Source of the DNA: Mobula hypostoma
Taxonomy: Eukaryota
Direction of reading: 5' to 3'
Length of the DNA: 64,000 nt
Assembly: GCF_963921235.1 (NCBI RefSeq)
Contig: NC_086097.1
Coordinates: forward strand, 105,092,001 to 105,156,000
Numbering within the stretch: the stretch's first letter is position 1; every line of letters starts with the position of its first letter. Of this stretch, positions 50,160-61,468 are shown piece after piece. The notes under the pieces are model-generated. The model worked only from the letters and a program-made list of their open reading frames with translations. It had not been told where the DNA came from and made no database searches. The translations under genes were made by a program, and so were the position numbers.

Positions 50160-53100
50160 TAGCTCAAGCGAAGCGGCCAGTGAGTGAGTGGGCCAGTGAA
50201 GGAGTGGAGCTTTGAGGCTTTGACTCAAGAGGCTTCGACGAGAAGAGGCGGAGGACAAGCTAGCTCACGGTTAGTCTTTACAATGCCTCCTGAGATGGTG
50301 ATGTGCCTCTCATGTGAGATGTGGCAGTCCTGGGGGAACTCCCCTCTCCCGCAGAGTCACATCTGCCAGAAGTGCATACAGCTGGGCGATCTGGAAGACC
50401 GTGTAAGGAATCTGCAGCAGCAGCTAGATGACCTTCGACTCATAAGGGAGAATGAGGCAGTCATAGATGAGAGCTACAGGGAGGTAGTCACACCTAGGCT
50501 GTCGGAAGCAGGTCGTTGGGTGACAGTCAGAGGGGGGAAAGCGAAGGTGAGCAGGCAGGTAGTGCAGAGCACCCCTGTAGCCATTCCCCTGAATAATAAG
50601 TTTACCATCCTGGATACTGTTGGCGGGGACGACCGACCAGGTGTGAGCCACGGTGGCAGGGCCTCCGGCACTGAGTCTGACCCTGTGGTGCAGAAGGGTG
50701 GGACGGAGAAGAGGAGAGCTGTCATCATTGGAGACTCTATAGTCGGGGAGCAGACAGGAAATTCTGTGGACGTGAGAAGGACACCAGCATGGTCTGTTGC
50801 CTCCTGGGTGCCAGGGTCCGGGATGTCTCTGACCAGGTGCACGACATCCTGGTACGAGAGGGAAAGCAATCAGAAGTCGTGACACATGTTGGGACTAATG
50901 ACGTAGGCAGGATGAGGTCCTGAAGTGTGAGTTTCGGGAATTAGGCAGAAGGCTGAAGAACAAGACCTCAAGGGTGGCGTTCTCAGGATTGCTGCCAGTG
51001 CTACGTGACAGTGATGGTAAGAATTGGAGGAGATGGCAGTTGAATGCGTGGCTGAGGAGTTGGTGCAGGGAGCAGGGTTTTAGATTTTTAGATCATTGGG
51101 ATCTCTTCTGGGGAAAGTGGGACCTGGACAGATTGGATGGGTTGCACCTGAACTCGAGGGGGAGCAATATCCTTGCAGGTAGGTTTGCTAGCATGGTTCG
51201 GGAGGGTTTAAACTAATTTGCGAGGGGGATGGGACCCAGAGCGATAGAGCAGCGAAAGAAGTGCATGGAGTAAAGCCAGATCTAACATACAGAGAGGCTT
51301 TGAGGAAAGAGAAGCAGAATAAACGGTGTAAAGACAGTAAGGTACAAGGGCTGAAATGTGTGTACCTCAATGCAAGAAGCATCAGGAACAAAGGTGATGA
51401 ACTGAGAGCTTGGATACATACATGGAATTATGATGTAGTGGCCATTACAGAGACTTGGCTGGCACCAGGGCAGGAATGAATTCTCAATACTCCTGGATTT
51501 CAGTGCTTTAAAAGGGATAGAGAGGGTGGAAAAAGGGGAGGAGGGGTGGCATTACTGGTCAGGGATACTATTACAGCTACAGAAAGGGTGGGTAATGTAG
51601 CAGGATCCTCTTTTGAGTCAATATGGGTGGAAGTCAGGAACAGGAAGGGAGCAGTTACTCTACTGGGGGTATTCTATAGGCCCCCTGGTAGCAGCAGAGA
51701 TACAGAGGAGCAGATTGGGAGGCAGATTTTGGAAAGGTGCAAAAATAACAGGGTTGTTATCGTGGGTGACTTTAACTTCCCTAATATTGATTGGCACCTG
51801 ATTAGTTCCAAGGGTTTAGATGGGGCAGAGTTTGTTAAGTGTGTCCAGGAGGGATTCCTGTCACAGTATGTGGACAGACCGACCAGGGGGAATGCCATAC
51901 TAGATCTAGTACTAGCTAATGAACTGGATCAGGTCACAGATCTCTCAGTGAGTGAGCATGTGGGGGACAGTGACCACCGCTCCCTGGCCTTTATAATTAT
52001 CATGGAAAAGGATAGAATCAAAGAGGACAGGAAAATTTTTAATTGGGGAAAGGAAAATTATGAGGCTATAAGGCTAGAACTTGCGGGTGTGAATTGGGAT
52101 GATGTTTTTGCAGGGAAATGTACTATGGACATGTGGTCGATGTTTAGAGATCTCTTGCGGTATGTAAGGGATAAATTTGTCCCGGTGAGGAAGATAAAGA
52201 ATGGTAGGGTGAAGGAACCATGGGTGACAAGTGAGGTGGAAAATCTAGTCAGGTGGAAGAAGGCAGCATACATGAGGTTTAGGAGGCAAGGATCAGATGG
52301 GTCTATTGAGGAATATAGGGAAGCAAGAAAGGAGCTTAAAAAGAGGCTGAGAAGAGCAAGAAGGGGGCATGAGAAGGCCTTGGCGAGTAGGGTAAAGGAA
52401 AACCCCAAGGCATTCTTCAATTATGTGAAGAAAAAAAGGATGACAGGAGTGAAGGTAGGACTGATTAGAGATAAAGGTGGGAAGATGTGCCTGGAGGCTG
52501 TGCAAGTGAACGAGGTCCTCAGTGAATACTTCTCTTCGGTATTCACCAATGAGAGGGAACTTGATGATGGTGAGGACAATATGAGTGAGGTTGATGTTCT
52601 GGAGCATGTTGATATTAAGGAAGAGGAGATGTTGGAGTTGTTAAAATACATTAGGACAGATAAGTCCCTGGGGCCTGATGGAATATTCCCCAGGCTGCTC
52701 CACGAGGCGAGAGAAGAGATTGCTGAGCCTCTGGCTAGGATCTTTATGTCCTCGTTGTCCACAGGAATGGTACCGGAGGGTTGGAGGGAGGCGAATGTTG
52801 TTTTCTTATTCAAAAAAGGTAGTAGGGATAGTCCGGGTAATTATAGACCAGTGAGCCTTACGTCTGTGGTGGGAAAGCTGTTGGAAAAGATTCTTAGAGA
52901 TAGGATCTATAGGCATTTAGAGAATCATGGTCTGATCAGGGACAGTCAGCATGGCTTTGTGAAGGGCAGATCGTGTCTAACAAGCCTGATAGAGTTCTTT
53001 GAGGAGGTGACCAGGCATATAGATGAGGGTAGTGCAGTGGATTTGATCTATATGGATTTTAGTAAGGCATTTGACAAGGTTCCACACGGTAGGCTTATTC

Positions 53101-53585
53101 AGGAAGTTAGAAGGCATGGGATCCAGGGAAGTTTGGCCAGGTGGATTCAGAATTGGCTTGCCTGCAGAAGGCAGAGGGTGGTGGTGGAGGGAGTACATTC
53201 AGATTGGAGGATTGTGACTAGTAGTGTCCCACAGGGATCTGTTCTGGGACCTCTACTTTTCGTGATTTTTATTAACGACCTGGATGTGGGGGTAGAAGGG
53301 TGGGTTGGCAAGTTTGCAGACGACACAAAGGTTGGTGGTGTTGTAGATAGTGTAGAGGATTGCCAAAGATTGCAGAGAGACATTGATAGGATGCAGAAGT
53401 GGGCTGAGATGTGGCAGATGGAGTTCAACCCGGAGAAGTGTGAGGTGGTACACTTTGGAAGGACAAACTCCAAGGCAGAGTACAAAGTAAATGGCAGGAT
53501 ACTTGGTAGTGTGGAGGAGCAGAGGGATCTCGGGGTCCATGTCCAGAGATCCCTGAAAGTTGCCTCACAGGTGGATACGGTAGTT
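50160..53585 (+). mobile_element. Near full-length young CR1: 5'UTR, ORF1 (ATG 50283; Zn finger/leucine zipper + SGNH esterase), ORF2 APE-RT; 3' end absent
   Basis: CLSC..CQKC, GDSIV, HVGTND and DGLHLN in ORF1. ORF2 has one stop at 51477-51479, then is open through FADD to 53585. Confidence 0.95.
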
Positions 53586-53834
53586 AGAACCATAGAAACT
53601 ACAGCACAGAAACAGACCTTTTGGCCCTTCTTGGCTGTGCCGAACCATTTTCTGCCTAGTTCCACTGACCTGCACACGGACCATATTCCTCCATACACCT
53701 CCCACCTATGTATCTGTCCAATTTATTGTTAAATGTTAAAAAAGAACCTGCATTTACCACCTCGTCTGGCAGCTCATTCCATACTCCCACCACTCTCTGT
53801 GTGAAGAAGCCCCCCCAATGTTCCCTTTAAACTT
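53586..53834 (-). mobile_element. Young CR1 3' fragment, antisense, terminating the 50160 element
   Basis: Near-identical to 10861-11110. Confidence 0.9.
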
Positions 53835-53850
53835 CTGTGTATTTTGTGTA

Positions 53851-54345
53851 TTGTGACGATTTGTGTATTTTGTCCGTGCTGACCGCTCTGTACCCGTGTG
53901 ACGACTTGTGTGTTTTGTCCCTGCTGACCGCTCTGTACCCGTGTGACGATTTGTGTATTTTGTCCGTGCTGACAGCTCTGTACCCGTGTGACGACTTGTG
54001 TATTTTGTCCGTGCTGACCGCTCTGTACCCGTGTGACGATTTGTGTATTTTGTCCATGCTGACCGCTCTGTACCCGTGTGACGATTTGTGTATTTTGTCC
54101 ATGCTGACAGCTCTGTACCCGTGTGACGATTTGTGTATTTTGTCCGTGCTGACCGCTCTGTACCCGTGTGACGATTTGTGTATTTTGTCCGCGCTGACCG
54201 CTCTGTACCCGTGTGACCGTTCCTGTGTATTTTGTCCGTGCTGACCACTCTGTACCCGTGTGACGATTTGTGTATTTTGTCCGTGCTGACCGCTCTGTAC
54301 CCGTGTGACAATTTGTGTATTTTGTCCCTGCTGACCGCTCTGTAC
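53851..54345. repeat. 45-bp minisatellite, 11 copies
   Basis: Unit GTGTGACGATTTGTGTATTTTGTCCGTGCTGACCGCTCTGTACCC with starts at ~53851, 53896, 53941, 53986, 54031, 54076, 54121, 54166, 54211, ~54257 and ~54303. Confidence 0.97.
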
Positions 54346-54549
54346 TGATGTGTATAACCATTCTGGTGTACTTCGACTGTTTCTCAGTATTTATTTCTGA
54401 CTACATGTCATTATGTATTTCTCACTCTGTCAGTGTATGACATAAAAATATGTATTTCCCTTTGGATACATTAGGTTATTTCTTGTATTAATGTCTTCCC
54501 TCCCTTTGCTTATCTGGGAGCTTACTTTAATTCCTAAATAGATATTTAC

Positions 54550-56330
54550 AATGAATTTCTAAAATGTGTCCACAAAAGTTTCCAGAGTCAATATATAGAG
54601 AGGCCTACTCGAGCGGGTGCAATACTGAACCTTTTCTTATGGAAACAGGTAGGGTATCTAACTGAAGTGGTAGTCTGGGAGTGCATTGTCTCTAGCAACC
54701 GCAATTCTATTAGTTTTAAGATGGTGTTGGAAAAGAACAAGACAGATCCACGGGTTTGAGTGCTACATTGAAGCAGGGTTCAATTTGGGGGTGAGACAGA
54801 ATCTAGCAAAAGCTGATTGGATGTGCCTATTTGAAGGAAAAAAGAATATATAGCAAGTGGCAAGTCTTTAAGAATGGCTGAGCAGATTTTCCTGTTTGGG
54901 TGAAGGGTGAATCTGGCAAATTGAGGAAAACTTGTCTGATGAGGTATTGAGCCTCTGGTAAAGAAAAAGAAGGAAGCATACATTGTGTTCAGCAGGCTGG
55001 TGATGAGTAAAAAGTCTTAATGACTATAAAAAGATAAAGAATATTCTGAAGAAATAAATCAGGAGGGAAGATAGAGGTTATGAGGTGGATCTGGCAGGTA
55101 AGGTTAAGCAAAATCTACATCTATATTAATGGTAAAAGAGTGAGTAGGCCCACAGATATCAGGAGGGCTGCCTGTGTACTGTGCTGCAGGAGATGGATGG
55201 TGTTTTTAATGATCATTTCTCCTCAGTGCTTACTGAGGGGAAAATCATGATTGCTTCAGAGATAAAGGAAACAAGTGGAGATGCTTGAAGAACATTCATA
55301 TTACCAGGGAGGAGGTAGTTGCAGCTGCTCAGTTCATTAAACCGGATAAATTACAAAAATTTTTGCAGCAAGTCTTACCATAGAACCATAGAGACTACAG
55401 CACAGAAACAGGCCTTTTGGCCCTTCTTGGCTGTGCCGAACCATTTTCTGCCTAGTCCCACTGACCTGCACACAGACCATATCCCTCCATACACCTCCCA
55501 TCCATGCATCTGTCCAATTTATTCTTAAATGTTAAAAAAGAACCCGCATTTACCACCTCATCTGGCAGCTCATTCCACACTCCCACCACTCTCTGTGTGA
55601 AGAAGCCCCCCCCCAATGTTCCCTTTAAACTTTCCCCCCCTCACCCTTAACCCATGTCCTCTGGTTTTTTTCTGCCCTTGCCTCAGTGGAAAAAGCCTGC
55701 TTGCATTCACTCTATCAATACCCATCATAATTTTATATACCTCTATCAAATCTCCCCTCATTCTTCCACGCTCCAGGGAATAAAGTCCTAACCTTGCTCT
55801 ATCATTAGTTACTGGGTGAAGTTCCTGAAACTGGAGACTGGCCAAGTCTTCAATTGTTTAAAAAAGAAGGCAAGACCAAGCTCAAGAATGCAAACCCGTC
55901 ACCCTGACATTAGTGGTGAGGAAATTACTGGAGGGAAATCTCTCTTGTGGGGAACAGGATCTCCTAGCGTTTGTATAGCTGGAGTCTGATTTTGAGGAGG
56001 CATGAGTTTATCCCAGGGAAGTTGTGTTGATCAACCCTGAAGAGGTGACCGAAAAGGCAGTAGAGTCTTCTATTTGGACCTTAGCTAGGTATTTAACAGG
56101 TTCCACATAGTAGGCTGGTCTGGAAAGTTAGATCCCATGGAATCCAGGGAGAGATGGAATCAGAGGATGGTGGTTGAAGGTTCTTTCTTAGAACATAAGT
56201 TGGTGACTTAGTTGTGTGCCATGGAGGTCAATATTGGGACCCTTACTATTTGCTATTTATATAAATGATCCGATGCAAATGCACAAGGCTTGCTCAATTA
56301 GTTTATAGATGGAACAAAATTAGAATGTAT
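54550..56330 (+). mobile_element. Very old CR1 ORF2 with a young antisense CR1 insertion at ~55376-55792
   Basis: EFLKCV, NSISFKMVLEK and GSILGPLLFAIYIND remnants. Confidence 0.7.
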
Positions 56331-56792
56331 TGGATCCTGTGGCAGCGAAATCCAGACCCAATGGATATCGATGCGACAGAACCCGGGTCCTAGTGTGAGG
56401 TACAACCTGACATTTTGACGATTTAAGTGCTGTGCCTCACAAATTGAAAGGGCAGGGTGTTGGAGTAAGAGGTGAGGGTTGCGCTGCAACATTTACTTGG
56501 GTCTGTGCTGAACTGAGGCTGAGGCCTGGTCTGGTCGCCCCAGGCATTGTGTCAATGGACCCACTTTTGTTCTGAATGCCATTTGCTTACTTTTAGTGTT
56601 TGCATGATTTGTTTTTTTTCTCTCTTTGCACATTGGGTCTAGCATTGGGACAGCCTTTCTTTATGGGTTCTTTTGGGTTTATAAACATAGAAAACCTACA
56701 GCACAATACAGGCCCTTTGGCCCATAATGCTGTGCTGAATATGTACTTACTTAGAAATTACCTAAGGTTACCCTTAGCCCTCTATTTTTCTT

Positions 56793-56945
56793 CTGATATT
56801 GTTATATGATCTATGGCCTTTTACAAAACCTGTTTGATCCTCTTTTATGATAAAAGGTAAGATAGTTTATAATTGCAACACTAAGGTTTTAAATAAGATT
56901 TTAAAGTCAACATTTAACAATGAAATAGGCCCGTAGGAGGCATAA
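56793..56945 (-). mobile_element. L1/Tx1-like RT fragment
   Basis: ASYGPISLLNVDFKIL...EDQTGFVKGH on the minus strand. Confidence 0.65.
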
Positions 56946-57457
56946 CCTCCATGTTTCTTTGTTTTGTGGCTGCCTGTTAGGAGATGAATCTCAAGGTTCC
57001 ATAACATATACATACTTTGAGTTTGATAGTGAAGGAGGTTATTGTACATTACAGTGGAGGGGGAGAGGGTGAACTAATACCACTGTCCTCCAAATCAATC
57101 AGCCTGCCTATGAAAATTATGACCCCACCATCCATCCAGTTATTGACCACACTGCAGCCACCAAAATTCACAACCAACCTTTCTCCAGACGCTTTTTGGT
57201 CTCCTCCAGTTTAATTCATACTCCTGCAGCCCATACCAAAGTCACAAATACCACCCTCTGTGGCTTTCCCCACATTAAATGTCTCTGCAACTTCTGACAT
57301 TGATCTGACTACTCCTATTGCCCAGCCACTCAGCAGTTCACTGTTGACAATATATCTAGAATCCACAGGATTCATTTGTAGATTTTTCTGTGTCTACACA
57401 TGCTAATTGCATGCCAAAACCAGAGCCCTGATGAGTTTTGTATTTTTTTCATCTCAG

Positions 57458-57536
57458 AGACATGAAATTAGCTCTGCTGAGTCTAGGGGGCAGCGCTGAG
57501 GTGGAAGAAGGAATGCTCCAGAAGGTAAAAGAACAG
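57458..57536 (+). CDS. HEATR4: HEATR4 exon F (DMKLALLSLGGSAEVEEGMLQKVKEQ)
   Basis: T-rich tract + CAG acceptor, 79 nt, GTAGGA donor, phase 2/0, fitting both neighbouring exons. Confidence 0.85.
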
Positions 57537-57747
57537 GTAGGAACATTGAATTCTGTGCCTCAGTGTCACTGACTGGACACTACCATTGTGTGAGAAAGCC
57601 CAACACCACCAAGAGTGTTGCAGGCTGGGCAGGACAATTAAGCCATCCTGGACCTGCTCACAGAGTTTGATAATCACAGTAGTTTCTTGAAGCAAAGTAG
57701 ATGTGAGCAACAAACTGACAGCACATCTGGTCCTTTGCTATGAACAG

Positions 57748-57913
57748 GTGCACTCACTGTGCCAGAAAGAAGTTGTCCTTTGGAAGCTGTTAAGGATGGA
57801 AAAAGTGAAGTTGAATGTCTCTCAGCAGGTGGAGTTGATCAGCCTGAAGACACAACCAGAACAGCTGACGGTGCTGAAGGCACAGATTCAGAAACTGCAC
57901 AGGAATGTGATGG
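57748..57913 (+). CDS. HEATR4: HEATR4 exon G (VHSLCQKEVVLWKLLRMEKVK...QKLHRNVM); 3' boundary uncertain
   Basis: CAG acceptor, phase 0. Resembles recalled 'IKTLSQKDLLTHKILKLE'. Candidate donors at 57914, 57919 and 57924, or an in-frame TAA at 57925-57927. Confidence 0.8.
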
Positions 57914-58619
57914 GTAAAGTGAGGTAATTGCAGGCTCTACAACCATACTGGGGTGCAGAAAGGTCAGGTGGTGGAGGAGGGTAGGTATGAAACAATCTGG
58001 TTCATCTGATAGGGGCAGTTGATCACACTCCCAAACAACCCCTGCCTCCCCCTCCCACATCTACCACCAGGTTCTCAGTGCAGTATGGATGAAGTTAGTA
58101 CTAACATCTTAAGTTCCCTTTGAGAATCTGTGCCTGAGGTATGATAAGGTTGATGTATCAGGCAGCCACATCAAGTGCAAAAGACATAGGAGCAGAATGA
58201 GGCCACTGGGCCTATCAAGTCTGTTTCACCATTCCATCATGGCTGATCCATTTCCCTCTCAACATCATTCTCATTTCACGCCCTGACTTATCAAGCTCTA
58301 CTTTAAAAATACTCAATGACACAACCTCCAGCGCCACTTGTGACAACAAATTCCACAGATTTACCACATTGTGGCTAAAGTAGTTGTAAAAGGACATCCC
58401 TCTATTCTCAGGTTATGGCTTCTGATCCCAGACTCCCCAGCTAAAGGAAACATCCTCTCCATATCTACTCTATCTTGGCCTTTCAACATTTGATAGGTTT
58501 CAATGAGATTTCCCCCTGGCCACCCCATTCTTCTAAATTCCAGCGAGTACAGGACCAGAGGCATCAAACACTGCAATTTTGGACAATACAAAACACCTAT
58601 GTCAGGACACTATTCATTG

Positions 58620-59620
58620 GCTAAAGCTTAGTGTCTTAACACCATTCCCACAGTCCTCATTGATAGGCAACAGAATCTGGGCTCTGTACCTCCCTCTACA
58701 ACTGGATCCTTAAATCCGAACCAGAAGACCACAATCTGTGCGGATCGGTGATAATCAGCACTGGTGCACCTCAGGAGTGTGTGCTTAGCCCACTGCTCTA
58801 CTCCCTCTGTACCCATGACTGTGTGGCTAGGTATAGCTTAAATACCATCCATAAATTTGCTGATGGAGATAAGAGTGCGTACAGGTATAGCAGCTAGTTG
58901 AGTGGTATGGCCTCAATGTCAGTAAGACCAAAAAAAATGCTGATTGTGGACTTCAGGAAGCGTAAGTCAAGGGCACAGAGGGATCAGAAGTGGAGAGAGT
59001 GAGCAATTTCGAATTCCTGGGTATCAGTAACTCTAAGGACCTAATCTGGCCTCAACATAATGAACCAACTATAAAGAAGGCAAGACTGTGGCTATATTTC
59101 ATTAGAAGTATGAAGAGATGGTTTGTCAGCTAAGACACTCAAAAACTTATATAGACGTACCGTAGAGAGCATTCTGACAGGCTGCACAGACTGCTCACTG
59201 TCTGGTATGGGGACCAAAAGAAGCTACAGAAAGTTGTAAAATTAGTCAGATCTATCTTGAGCCTAGCCTCCGTAGGATCCAAGACATCTTCAAGGAGCGG
59301 TGCCTCAGAAAGGTAACATCCATTATTAAGCACTCCATCATCCAGGGCATGCCCTCTTCTCATTGTTACCATCAGGTAGGAGGTACAGAAGCCTGAAGGC
59401 ACACACTCAGAGATTCAAGAACAGCTTCTTACCCTCTGCCATCCGATTCCTAAATGTACATTGAACCCATGAAATCTACCCCACTTCTTAAAAAATAAAT
59501 ATCATTGCTGGTTTTGCACTATTTCAATCTATTCAATATATATTATACACACTTACTGTAATTGATTTACTTGGTTATTTTGTCTTTCTAAATTATGTAT
59601 TGTACTGGACTGCTGCTGCT
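58620..59620 (+). mobile_element. Rex1/Babar LINE RT + 3' region, decayed
   Basis: STGAPQECVLSPLLYSLCTHDCVARYSLNTIHKFAD, LNVSKTK, FEFLG and ESILTGC motifs. Confidence 0.85.
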
Positions 59621-59624
59621 ATAT

Positions 59625-60432
59625 TAACCATATAACGATTACAGCATGGAAACAGGCCATCTTGGCCCTTCTAGTCCGTGCCGAACACCTATCCTCACCT
59701 AGTCCCACCGACCTGCACTCAGCTCATAACCCTCCATTCCTTTCCTGTCCATATATCTATCCAATTTAACTTTAAACAACAACATCGAACCTGCCTCAAT
59801 CACTTCTACTGGAAGCTCGTTCCACACAGCTACCACTCCCTGAGTAAAGAAGTTCTCCCTCATGTTACCCCTAAACTTTTGCCCTTTAACTCTCAACTCA
59901 TGTCCTCTTGTTTGAATCTCCCCCATTCTCAATGGAAAAAAGCCTCTCCACGTCAACTCTATCTATCCCCCTCGTAATTTTAAACACCTCTATCAAGTTC
60001 CCCCCTCAACCTTCTACGCTCCAAAGAATAAAGACCTAACTTGTTCAACCTTTCTCTGTAACTCAGGTGCTGAAACCCAGGTAACATTCTAGTACTCTCT
60101 CAATTTTATTGACATCTTTCCTATAATTCGGTGACCAGAACTGTACACAATACTCCAAATTTGGCCTTACCAATGCCTTATACAATTTCAACATTACATC
60201 CTAACTCCTATACTCAATGTTCTGATTAATAAAGGCTAGCATACCAAAAGCTTTCTTCACCACCCTATCCACATGAGATTCCACCTTCAGGGAACTATGC
60301 ACCATTATTCCTAGATCCCTATTTTGAATAGTCCTACCAAAATGTAGCACCTCACATTTTTCAGCATTAAACTGCCATCTTTCAGCCCACTCTTCTAACA
60401 GGCCTAAATCTCTCCACAAGCTTTGAAAACCA
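59625..60432 (-). mobile_element. CR1 3' fragment, (GTTATATG)-type tail subfamily
   Basis: FFTQGVVAVWNELP and KCEVLHFG motifs. Confidence 0.85.
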
Positions 60433-60611
60433 ATATTAACAAATTTCACAACAGATGCTGGCGATAATAAACCTGATTTTGAGTCATATATTAAACCTTT
60501 CAATGCTGGAATCATTTTGTGAATCTCTTTTGAACCCTCTCCAATGTCAGCAAATCCTTTCTTAGAAAAGGGGCACAAAACTGGTCACAATACTCCAAGG
60601 CCTTACTAGTG

Positions 60612-61468
60612 ACAGAGGTTACAGCGGGACATTGATAGGACGCAAAACTGGGATGAGAAGTGGCAGATGGAGTTCAACCCAGATAAGTGTGAAGTGGTTC
60701 ATTTTGGTAGGTCAAATATGATGGCAGAATATAGTATTAATGGTAAGACTCTTGGCAGTGTGGAGGATCAGAGGGACCTTGGGGTCCGAGTCCATAGGAC
60801 GCTCAAAGCAGCTGTGCAGGTTGACTCTGTAGTTAAGAAGGCGTATGGTGTATTGGCCTCCATCAATCATGGAATTGAATTTAGGAGCTGAGAGGTAATG
60901 TTGCAGCTATATAGGACCCTGGTCAGACCCCTCTTGGAGTACTGTGCTCAGTTCTGGTCGCTTCACTACAGGAAGGATGTGGAAGCTATAGAAAGGGTGC
61001 AGAGGAGATTTACAAGGATGTTGCCTGGATTGGGGAGCATGCCTTATGAAAACAGGTTGAGTGAACTCGGCCTTTTCTCCTTGGAGCAACGGAGGATGAG
61101 AGGTGACCTGATAGAGGTGTATAAGATGATGAGAGGCATTGATCATTTGGATAGTCAGAGGCTTTTTCCCAGGGCTGAAATGGTTGCCACAAGAGGACAC
61201 ATGTTTTAAGGTGCTGGGGAGTAGGTACAGAGGAGATGTCGGGTAAAGTTTTTTTTACTCAGAGTGGTGAGTGCGTGGAATGGGCTGCCGGCAACAGTGT
61301 TGGAGACAGATACAATAGGGTCTTTTAAGAGACTTTTGGATAGGTACATGAAGCTTAGAAATTACTAGGGTTACCTATAGCCCTCTATTTTTCTAAGGTA
61401 GGGACATGTTCGGCACAACCTTGTGGGCCGAAGGGCCTGTTTTGTGCTGTAGGTTTTCTATGTTTCTA
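60612..61468 (+). mobile_element. 5'-truncated CR1 inserted in an older minus-strand CR1 (~60470-63170)
   Basis: ORFs 60667-61209; tail TTTTCTATGTTTCTA. Confidence 0.9.

Noticed and set aside
51546..53732. 728-aa ORF as a host gene or retron/DGR-type RT system
   Set aside because: It is CR1 ORF2 (APE + RT) preceded by a CR1 ORF1. Its last ~48 codons are read-through into an antisense insertion.
53851..54345. CRISPR array or repeat-protein gene
   Set aside because: Units are head-to-tail with no unique spacers, no cas genes are present, and the context is eukaryotic. The open frames follow from a stop-poor unit whose length is divisible by 3.
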